The notes below the pieces were generated by a model that searched no databases, was not told the DNA's origin, and saw nothing but the letters and a program-made list of their open reading frames with translations. DNA of 64,000 nucleotides from Squalus acanthias (taxonomy: Eukaryota), in the NCBI GenBank assembly GCA_030390025.1, contig CM059432.1, positions 26,228,001 through 26,292,000 of the forward strand, in the 5' to 3' direction. The translations under genes and the position numbers were made by a program. Shown piece by piece: positions 51,675 through 61,831 of the stretch (position 1 is its first letter; every line of letters begins with the position of its first letter).

Positions 51675-51922
51675 ATATAAAGATCTTGCATTTATATAGC
51701 ACCTTTTACGTCCTCAGTATCTCCTAAAATGCTTTACAGCCAATGAAACACTTTTTTTTGAAGTGCAATCACTGTTGTATTGTAGGAAATGTGGCAGCCA
51801 ATTTGCGCACAGCAAGGTCCCACGAACAGCAATGTGATAATAACCAGATAATTTGTTTTAGTGATGTTGGTTGAGGGATAAATATTGGCCAGGACACCGA
51901 GTAGAACTCCCCTGCTCTTTAT
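51675..51922 (-). mobile_element. DeuSINE (SacSINE1-like) fragment
   Basis: CTTGCATTTATATAGCACC...GTTGAGGGATAAATATTGGCCAGGACACC. Another shorter piece lies at ~52170-52325. Confidence 0.75.
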
Positions 51923-53234
51923 AGCCAATTAAGTACTTTTGAGTACAGGGTATCAGTTGAAGCTCTGGATAAACAAGAGGGGAAAAGTCACAAGGGCACT
52001 GACCACAATAGAAAGAGAAAGACGAGAAAGATTCTCATGGAGAAAACAGCAGTGTACGGTATCACGAACTAGTGAGACACGGGTTTGATCTGCTGAGTCA
52101 GCAATCTCAGCACTATTCCTTACGAAAGACGCCAAACAAAGATCAGTGTCTACCTAATGGGGAAAGAAAGAATGAAAGAAGAAAGAGCTTGCATTATTCT
52201 AGTCCCTCAAGACACCCCAAAGCACTTCATAGCCAATGAATTACTTTTGAAGTGCAGTCACTGTTGTAATGTAGGGAAATAAGCAGCCAATTTTCACACA
52301 AGGTCCCATAAACAGTAATAACAGATCGGATGAAACTGCATCCTATCGTTCCATGGCGCTTCTGAGAAATGTAAAGCTTTTAAGGAGTGAGCCTTCTTCA
52401 ATCTAAAGGTAACTTTATGTACCCACAAACAAATCATCAAGTAGCTGTATTCTGGGCGGATTATTCACAATTACTTCACGATTTTCCTGGGCGATTTCCG
52501 ATGTTATTTTCTTCCCATAATCTAAGAATAGTAAACACTGCCGTCTGATTTTCGTTAGAAGAACGTCAGAGTAGAAGACGAGACATAACACAATTCCACT
52601 ACATTTGCCCAGTTTGGGAGTAGAAATTAAATAACAAATGACTCTAAAAAGTAGTTGACTTGTCAACCTGGGGAGGGGGTGTCAGGAGCCTCATTACAAA
52701 CACAGAACCAGAAATTAATCATAGTGATTCTCTCTAACGGCAGTGTTTAACGTCTACTCTGCACAGATGGCAGTATAATTGTTACAGGGCCATTATATTA
52801 TCAGTTCCATCTCTGAAATGTTGCCCACCTCCATTTCTATCTCATTCCCACTGCCGCTGAAACCCTCTTTTTGCCTTTGTAACCTCCATATTAGGCTTTT
52901 CTAATACCCTGCTCGCTGGTCTCGCTCAACCTACATACAGTCCAACTCACCCAGAGCTCTGTTGCTGATTAAGTTTCATTTACCTATCAACCATCTTTGC
53001 CGACCTTCATTAGCTCACCATTCATCAACGCATGAGCTTCATTTTGGTAAAAAAAAAATAACACCAGTAATTATATTATGAATGGAAATAGGCTGGTTCT
53101 GTGAAAGAGCAAAGTGATTTGGAATAGAGGATCACAGGACATTAAGGGCAGAACCTCAGGTTGCTGCGGCTGTTAACAAAAAGCTAATGGCATTCTAAGT
53201 TCTTTTACATGAAATACACATTGTAAAAGTCAAT

Positions 53235-53400
53235 TAGAAACATAGAAACATAGAAAAATAGGAGCAGGTGTAGGCCATTCGGCCCTTCGAGCCTGTTCCA
53301 CCATTCAGTATGATCATGGCTGATCCTCTATCTCAATACCATATTCCCGCTCTCTTCCCGTACCCCTTGATGCCTTTTGTGTCTGGAAATCTATCTATTG
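53235..53400 (-). mobile_element. CR1 (HER1-like) 3' tail fragment
   Basis: (CATAGAAA)n tail; near-identical to 57381-57545. Confidence 0.8.
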
Positions 53401-54459
53401 GTAATGATGTCCTTAGAATCTTTCGCACACTTTTGGTCCCGTCCTCTAATTCCTTTCCTAGCCTTGCTTGGGTCCAACCTTAAACAGGAAAGTGAATAAA
53501 TATAAGGGGTACTAAAAATCTATACTATGGCATAATTCTGCAGGGAGTGACCAGAAATTGGACTGGGACTTAAATACATAGGTCAAAGCCTCTGCTGGTA
53601 GCTTGTGGAAGGATCTGTTTTGGGCAGAAACATTGTCCACCCAAGACATGGTCCCTGACTGATATCAGGCGGGATGGGGTCGAATGGGAGGGAATTCATA
53701 TGCTGAGAATTTCCCTGCCCTCAGCGTATGCTGGGCCCTTCGTATGGCAGATGTGGGACCCACCTCAAGGTCCAGGCCTGGCTCCTGAAGAAAATAGGCA
53801 GCTGTGTGGAGAGAACAACCCCTTTATAAAAGAGTGTGGTTGCTTGCCAGACATATGGTCACAAGGTACTTTGGCAGGGTGTGTTATGCCAGTGAATCTT
53901 TATGGTCAAGCTGTTGATGCACAGCAGTTTCAGATACAAATCCTGATCTGACTTTCCAAATACAATGAATCCAGGAGACGTGATCACTTGCAGTAGGTAG
54001 TTTAAGACACCTAACTGTACCCTGGCACAAAGCTGGTCCAATGGACATCCTGAATTCCCATTTCCACCCCTCCCCCACTTTCTGGGACCCCTGACTTTCT
54101 GCCGCTTTCCACTGGCCTACCTCCCGTTTTGGGCAGAAAGTCGGGAATGATGCCCGGACGTTAAAATTGGCTGGGCTTCCCATTACCGCTCCGGGATGGG
54201 CTGGCTATTCATTAGGCCGCTTTCTCGCCCGAGAGTTCAAATTCCCACCGTTGTATTCTGCAGTATAATAGCACCCTCATAAAGCAGAAATTGGGACTGT
54301 TAAAACAGAAGCTTATATTTGGATTATCTAAGAAATTTGTTTCTTTGACAAACAATCTATCCCAACAGAAAATAATATCACACAACCCTCCTCTTTGGTG
54401 TCTCCCAATGGTTTTTTTTAACAAACCGAAGTTTATTAACTTCATTGTTAAGTGCCACC

Positions 54460-55235
54460 TTGTATCAGTCAGGATTCAAGCCTATTCCAGGAGTTGAGCA
54501 CAAAAACTAGGCTGAGTTGCCAGTGTAGTACTGACAGAGTTAACGGTGCTATCCTTTGGATGAAATAGTAGCGTAGTGGTTATGTTACTGGACTTGAAAT
54601 CCAAAGGCCTGCCCTCATAATGCTGAGAACGTGAGTTCAAATTCCACCATGGCAGTTTGCGAATTTTAATTCTGTTTGGAAAAAAAGCTGGAAATTAAAA
54701 GCTGGTATCAGTAAAACTGACCATGAAGCTGTTGGATTGTTGTAAAAACCCAACTGCTTCACTCAAGTCCTTTAGGAATGGAAACCTGCTGTCCTTAAAT
54801 GGTCTGGCCCCACACCAACACGGTTGACTCCCTGAAGTGGCCTAGCAATCCACTCAGTTTTGAAGGATGGCTATAAATGCCAGCCTTGCGAGCGAAATGC
54901 ACACACCGAAAATGAATTAAAAAATGCTAAATAGAGGCCATTGTCTGTCTATTTCTTTTTGGTTCAGGCGGGTGGTAAAGATCCATTGCACTATTCATAG
55001 ACAAGCAAGGAGTTCTCCTGGTGTCCTGGCCAACATTCCTCCCTCGACGAATGGCATAAAAAAAAATCAGCAGATCATTTGCCGATTGTGGAATCTTGCT
55101 GAGTGCAAATTGATTGCTGTATTTGCCTACATAACAATAGTGACTACACTTCAAAAGTAAATCATTATGAAGTGCTTTAAGATGTTTCATAGAAATATGA
55201 TACGGCACTATATAAACGCAAGTTCTTTCTTTCAC
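54460..55235 (+). mobile_element. DeuSINE interrupted by a second tRNA-derived SINE (~54568-54925)
   Basis: DeuSINE head at 54460-54565 and body at 54925-55235. The insert has A/B-box-like GTAGTGG and GAGTTCAAATTCC and an A-rich end. Confidence 0.6.
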
Positions 55236-57079
55236 TCAGTCAACCTATGAATAAATAAATCTAAATATAGGTTTGTGGCTTCTAGTTTGAGGGCACTTGT
55301 GCACATTCAAGGTCACTTGTGTAACTCAAGAAGCAACAGTTTACCAATTATAGCCCCCAAAATGCATTCAACGTTTGCTTTGCTATACTCGTGAGATCAA
55401 TTTACTTTCAAACTAGGAAACAAAAAATGTTTTTGCCCACTTCAAAAACACTACAAGCCTGCTCTTTGTGATGTCAACTGTTATTAATCTCTTTTCTACG
55501 ATGAAAGGCATGAATAATGCAAATTTAACCAGGTCATTTAATGTTGACTGTGAGCACAGAATGAAACGGCATGGGAATAAAATTAACTCTCAAGCCAGAG
55601 ATTAGAATATTATTTTTCCTCTGAGTAGAATAGTCTCAGTAAAAGTTGTAAACATTGGCTCAGTTAATAACTTTAAAAAACTGGATAATTGTTAGGTTAA
55701 GAATGATGTAGAGATGAAGACAGGCAGAGAGGCTCAAGTGCTCTACATAACACGATACTTCTGTATCGATCTTCACTTGTATCGCCTGGCGTTAACGTTG
55801 CTACAATGGCTTCAAAATGGCGTCGGTCACCTTACCGACCCATTAACACCGATGAAGAGGCTGCCGACATTTTGAAAAGGACCTACTGCTGGGCACCCGA
55901 AGCGCCTGCCTGTTTCTTAGGACCTTGAATGCCATTGTAGGTCGACACCTAAAAGCGATGGAGCCTAGGAGGCCCAGCCGAAGTAAGTTTGTGAGGCCCA
56001 AAGGGGCAGGAGTGCTCCTGCCCATCCCAGGACCCCCACCCTCTGCATTTGCAACCCCCTCCCGCACCTACTTTGCTGGTGGCTGAGGTGGCCAGGTATT
56101 GGGAGGCCTCAAACCGGCAAGGTGCAGGTCAGGACGCCCTTTTGGTGCTCCACAGCGCACCAGCCCGATGTTAAGAGGCCGATGCTTCAAATGGCGGCTG
56201 GCTCTTTGTCACCGGTATGGGCGACCGGATGGCGCGCTTCATGACCCCTTCCTGTGCGCCATCGAAATCTTATCTGTGAAAAAAAAATGGTCAGGGCGGA
56301 ATAATGTAGGTTGTAAAATTCACTAAGTATATTTGGGTGCTAGAGAAATTTCACAAGTGTTACTATCTTGGAGATTTTACCTGCACGTGTTCCTCTCATT
56401 CAGGAAATTGAGTGGTTTGGGGAGAGTCTCTCATAAGATCAACTGCACCTGTCATCAGTAGTAGAGAAAATGCTAGAAACTATTATTAGGGACGTGGTAA
56501 CAGGGCACTTAGAAAATCATAATGGGCCGGAATTTGCAGTGGGTAATAACAGCGAACTAACAGCGTTCGCCATTATTACCGCTTTGAAACTGACCGCAAC
56601 TTCAGGATGTAGTGCATGCGTATCTAGTGAGACCACACCTGGAGTACTGCGTACAGTCTTGGGGGTTGAAATTGGATTAGGCACGAAAACAGGCATGGGG
56701 ATCGCAAAGCGGTGCAGGTAGCACGCAAAATTCAAGGCCAACCTTCTCACCCCAGTACAGCCCAGGCTGGCTGAAGCTTGCAAATCAATCGAATATGCCA
56801 TGAAGAAATTACGTGTGTATGCACAGATCAAGTATGGTGGGGAGAGAGTTCAAGTACATAAGAATGGGGACACCTTCCAATACTACAGCAGGAGCCTGAA
56901 ACCTGTGTTGCCACATAAAGTTTCTCATTTTAGGCATTTCACTGAGTGCACTGATTCCTGGCTATGGGAGCCAGGAGGGTGGTAGCACAGAGCAGCCAAT
57001 GTCGGGCAAGTGAATGATTGACTGCAACTTCGGGATTTACGTGTTTAGATGCGCATACGGTACATCCTGAAGTTGCCGC

Positions 57080-58723
57080 GCTGGAACAGACTGTGCTGGA
57101 GATAATTGGAGGGGCCATCACTGAGGCCGTGGCGTGCGGCGAGGTTGAAAGCGCTGCTGAAGACGGTATACTCATACCTAGTCCTGCTTCACACATCCCA
57201 CTTCCCCCTCATCGCACAATCTCTTCTCACTTCCAAGCTGCTGAGGGTGTAAGCTTGCACATCTTGCATCCCCCCCCCACCGCCGCCCTCACTACCACCC
57301 GACCCTTGTGCCTTTCTCATTTCAGATACCCAAGAACTGCTAGCAGCCCAGCCAGTCCCCGACCAAAATGGCACTGCACCTAGAAACATAGAAAAGAAAA
57401 TAGGAGCAGAAGTAGGCCATTTGGCCCTTCGACCCTGCTCCACCATTCAATATGATCATGGCTGATCCTCTATCTCAATACCCTATTCCCACTCTCTCCC
57501 CATACCCCTTGATGCCTTTTGTGTCTAGAAATCTATCTATCTCCTTCTTAAATATATTCAGTGACTTGGCCTCCACAGCCTTCTGTGGTAGAGAATTTCA
57601 CAGGTTCACCACCCTCTGAGTGAAGAAATTTCTCCTCATCTCAGTCCTAAATGTCCTACCCCGTATCCTGAGACTGTGACCCCTCGTTCTAGACCCCCCA
57701 GCCAGGGGAAACATCCTCCCTGCATCCAGTCTGTCTAGCCCTGTCAGAATTTTATACGTTTCAAACTTTAGAGGGTAATATAGAGGCAGGATCTGCATGT
57801 GGTGAGTCACCAGGCACTGTGGGCTGCAGCCAGGCCAGGGGGAAAGGGTAGCTTGGGTGCCAGCTCCCCGGAGGGCGAGTTCGCACATGAGTTCTGCTGC
57901 ACTGGACTCGAATGAGGACTTCGATAGGGTGGCCTTCAGAACAAGGATGATAGGTATGCACACAGAAAAGCTTGGTGCAATGGCAGGTCTACTAGAGAAC
58001 CTCTTGTTAGTGTCAAGGATCATGGAGGTGTCCGGCTCCAACATTGCATGGGGCTTTGCGTGGAGCTTGGAGCCCATGATTTCCAGGGTGGAAGTGATGG
58101 GCAACTCCTTTAGAGCAATTGTGGACCCAACCATGATGCTGGGTGTGATGGGTGATGTCGCAGCTTCCATTGCAGCACAAGCGTAGGCGAGCCAACATCT
58201 GAATGCTGCCGCGAAAGCTCAGACTGCTCTCATGCAGTGGAAGGTTACTGCCACGCAAGTTCAGACTGATGCCATCATGGCTAGGTTTACGAGTGTGGAA
58301 AGGGGGTTGCAGGATCTCTCAGCAGTCCAGCAATCTGTCCTTCACCAGATGGCTAGGAATACTGAGGCGCCGGCCCGGAGGAGTGGCAGTGGCTCCATGG
58401 AGCAAGAAGCTGCTGTCCTTTCTCAGGATGACAGCATTCATCCTCCCACCACTGCCACTCCACCAGTACCCTTGTTGCTGCCTGTCAGCCAGCCAGCCCA
58501 GATTGCTGCTGCCCATGGCGAGGTGGTGCAGTCTACAGCCGGGCCTTCTCGGCCCAGAGCTGCTCGAGGTCGCCCTGCAAGGCCATCTGCAGTCTCCCCC
58601 ATGGAAAGTCAGCAGCCTTCCACCAGCCATGCTGCAACCATGGTGGTAGCACTGCATAGGAGCACTAGAATATGCAAAGGAGCACGAAAGACAGACACTA
58701 AGGGAATACACAAGGGTGGTTAG
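57080..58723 (+). pseudogene. Harbinger second-ORF (Myb/SANT partner protein) C-terminal remnant, apparently spliced
   Basis: LEQTVLEIIGGAITEAVACGEVESAAED, then donor-like GACG|GTATAC (~57164), a pyrimidine-rich intron, and acceptor TTCTCATTTCAG (~57325). ORFs 57857-58186 and 58232-58723 (coiled-coil-like, ending HRSTRICKG) converge on the transposase. Confidence 0.6.
57381..57763 (-). mobile_element. CR1 (HER1-like) 3' fragment inserted in the Harbinger element
   Basis: ETYKILTGLDRLDAGRMFP...RRNFFTQRVVNL plus 3' UTR and tail. Confidence 0.9.
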
Positions 58724-58889
58724 TTGACCTTGTTATGTAGTATTGGATTGAATCATTTATAAATTATGTTTGAAATGTTTGTTTTGTGGTGGCTTTCATT
58801 TCAGCTTTGTGCCCAAAAGAATGCGGTGATGTTCCGTGACCGAGGGATGGTAAGGTGGGAAGATTTGAGCAACGGGGATCAGGGGTTTC

Positions 58890-59991
58890 ATTCATTGGAA
58901 CCGAAGTCTGATGAAGCACTCACGGACAGCCCATCCAAAACAGGGATTTGCTGCCTGCCTCCTCCCTTCCTGCTCCTCCTCCTCCTCCTCCTGCTCCTCC
59001 TCCTCCTCCTCCTGCTCCTCCTCCTCCTCCTCCTCCTCCTCAGGTGGTCGCAGAACCCGAGGTGGCAAGGACTATGTCCTCATGATGGCCAAGTTGTGCA
59101 GGATGCAGCAGATCACCACGAAATGGGACACCCACTCCGGCGTGTACTGGAGAGCTCCTCCCAAGTGGTCAAGGCAGCAGAACAGTTGCTTTAGCACCTT
59201 GATGGGAGGTTAGTCATCAGCCAGGTGTACAGCAGATAGCCCTTGTCTCTGAGCAGCCACCCTCGGGTTCAACACGGTGGCTGAAAGATTGCTAGCATGA
59301 AGGCATCATGACTGCTGCCAGGATACCGAGCATTCACCATCATGATATGCTGGGTGTGGTCGGCACACCAACTGCACGTTAAGTGAGTGGTAGCCTTTGC
59401 GGTTGCGGTACATCTCAGGATTGATATGCGGCGCCCGCAAAGCCACGTGTGTGCAGTCGAAGGCGCCGTGCACCTTGTGGAAGCCCAATATCCTGGCAAA
59501 GCCACATGCACACTCCTCCTGCTTCTCTCTGTTCAGAGAGAAGACAATGAAGTCCCTTCTTCTGGAGTACTGAGCCTCTGAAACCTCCCTGATGCAGCGA
59601 TGGACGGAAAACTGGTAGATGTTAACTATGTTACCTGCTCCAGACTGGAAGGATCTGGTGGCGAAAAGATTCAGGGCCATGGTCACCTTGAGGGCCACTG
59701 GCAGCGCCGTCGTCGCCCTGCTCCGAGGCTGCAGGTCTGGTTCCAAGAGGTGGCAGAGTTCTGTGACCATCTCCTTGGTGAAGCAGTGCCGCCGAACACA
59801 CTGCTCCTGCCTTAGGTGCAGGTAGGAGACGTGCTCTCGGAAGACCCTTGGTGGGTAAGGCCTCCTGCTGAGAGCCCTCCTGCCCCTCCTCCTCCTCCTC
59901 CCTCTGCGAGCAGCTTGTCCTCTTCTTTGCTGCCTCTGCTCCATCTCCCTGTCATGCTGCAGTGCGGGGGGACTGCAAGTAGAGCCCCCAT
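58890..59991 (-). pseudogene. Harbinger/HARBI1-type DDE transposase pseudogene
   Basis: ATG at 59991 (MGALLAV). Motifs RPYPPRVFRE, ALPVALKVTMALNLFAT, VHGAFDCTHV, YRNRKGYHSLNVQLVC, then after a frameshift ARYPGSSHDAF, WLLRDKGY, LKQLFCCLD and CCILHNLAI, with an acidic C-terminus. Several frameshifts and a deletion near the catalytic E. Confidence 0.9.
58958..59041. repeat. (CCT)n triplet repeat, encoding poly-Glu in the transposase C-terminus
   Basis: Direct reading; GAG codons on the minus strand with occasional CAG. Confidence 0.9.
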
Positions 59992-60487
59992 GACTGGGAG
60001 CAAGTGGTCTGAGCAGAGCCCTTGAATTCAGAAACAAGGCCTTCTCCACTTGCAGCACCACTCCCTGTCACCTCACCAACTTGAAATAACTCTAGAAAGC
60101 TCCAATCAGTTCCACAAACTTACACAGAGCCAGTAGAAATCAAAAAGCACATTACCTGAAAGTTGTTGATGATCCCTTTAAATATCGCTGGTGGGGTTCC
60201 CTTGTGCAGCTGATTGCACTTTCAGCTGTGCGTGCATTTGGAGAGGGCGTGCAGTCGAGCGGCGACGCCCAAAAAAGCAGGTCGTGCATCAAATCAGCAT
60301 TGCACGTTGATTGACTTCACGATCTACCTCATTTGCATTCTTCTGCCAAATGCAGGCAACAGCCGCGCTACCGACCTGCCCAAGATGGCGACTGCCGCTG
60401 CCCATGTGGCCGGAAGTGAGGCAGCCGCCATTTTTCTGCCGAAACCAGCCTTAAATGCTGGCGCTAAGAGGGGGAATTTCACGGCCT

Positions 60488-60690
60488 TAGAATCATAGAA
60501 TGATAGAATGATACAGCACAGAAGGAGGCCATTCAACCCATCGTGCCTGTGCCGACGCTTTGGTAGAACTGTCCAATTAGTCCCACTCCCCTGCTCTTGC
60601 CCCTTAGCCCTGTATTTTTTCCCCCTTAAAGTCTTTTTCCTTTCCTTCAATTCTCTTTTGAGTGTTACTATTGAGTCTTCTTCAGTCATC
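60488..60690 (-). mobile_element. CR1 3' tail fragment
   Basis: TAGAATCATAGAATGATAGAATGATACAGCACAGAAGGAGGCCATT. Confidence 0.75.
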
Positions 60691-60735
60691 ATACTCAGGC
60701 ATCATATTTTCTCTATGCATCACACTGCACTTGAT

Positions 60736-61499
60736 GGCCCAGAAATTCGCCTCTCCGGCTTGCCGCGGGGGTAAGGATCGCGCGCGCTCTTACCTACCGT
60801 GCCTGCCGTTGTGTTTCGGGCCCACGGGAACTTCAGCTCCTGGTCCTGCTCCAAGTGCCGGCGCGCAGTGCTTGCATGTCCCAGGGGCGTAGTTAGTGCG
60901 ATGCATCCCCTGGGATCACGTGGGCCATGGAGAGCCAATGGCAGCAGACCATCTTTCATTCATAGATTTGACAGGAGACCTGTCAAATCTGTGAATTGAA
61001 ATCGGCCCCAAAAGAACAGCTAAACTTAAAATAATTTTTTTTTAAAACCCATCACATTTATAAAATAACTATAGTTAAATAAATTAACCACTTTAAACAA
61101 AAATTTTAATTTTTGAAAAAATTAAAATACTTTTTAAAAGTGATAAAAATAAACTTACCTTTCTTTAAAGTATCTAAAAAAGATAAACCTGTTGAAAAAA
61201 ATTTAAATTATACTTAATTAACCACTTACCTTGTTGAAAACGGGTCTTGCGCCTCCTTTTTAATAGCGTAGTTTCTTCAATACTTACCCTCGCGTAGAAA
61301 CCTGAAAAAAAATCTAAGTTTGCTGCGTGCACGCAGCCTCTAGCGCGCACGCGGTTCACCTAGGAACCGCTACCTTCACCATACCGGAAGTTCCGGTTTC
61401 CCGCGCATGCGCAGTGCATGCAGGAAACCGGCACTTCAGGACGCATTACGGGTGAGTACGGACTGTGTATTCACCCGGGAAGGGCCGAATTTTTGGCCC
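60736..61499. mobile_element. Harbinger-type MITE
   Basis: TIRs GGCCCAGAAATTCG / CGAATTTTTGGCCC; exact TSD GAT (60733-60735, 61500-61502); GC-rich arms with an AT-rich centre. Confidence 0.8.
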
Positions 61500-61831
61500 G
61501 ATATGTTATGCAGCTGCATAACCCCAGCTATATTTCTTTCACTGGTTTTTTTTATCATCGTTTTCCATTAAACAGTAGCAATTTCTGGAAAAACTGTACT
61601 ATTATTCAGGTTTGGAGGAAGATTCTGATTAAAAGTTTTGGTTTAAGTATATATATTTTTAAGTAGTGCTTTTTGGTAATATAATTCATTTGTTTTCCAA
61701 GAACCAATTTATAAACGCTTACTTTACCATCGCTGAGAAAATCTCATAACTTCTTTACAAATTCTTTGAGTGAAGATGTGTATCTTTCCTGAATATCAAC
61801 AACCCAGCAGTCCCTTGCCTCGTAACACTGT

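Larger units (their letters stand above)
56524..60486. mobile_element. Decayed two-gene PIF/Harbinger transposon (left part rearranged)
   Basis: Right end AATTTCACGGCC (60486); candidate left end GGGCCGGAATTT (56524); convergent transposase and partner ORF remnants; CR1 insertion inside. Confidence 0.75.

Noticed and set aside
58766..59194. Poly-Leu ORF as a membrane or signal-peptide protein
   Set aside because: It is the antisense reading of the (GAG)n poly-Glu tract in the Harbinger transposase.
58890..60061. Domesticated host gene HARBI1
   Set aside because: Multiple frameshifts, an adjacent TIR and partner ORF, and a related copy at 24149 indicate a transposon pseudogene.
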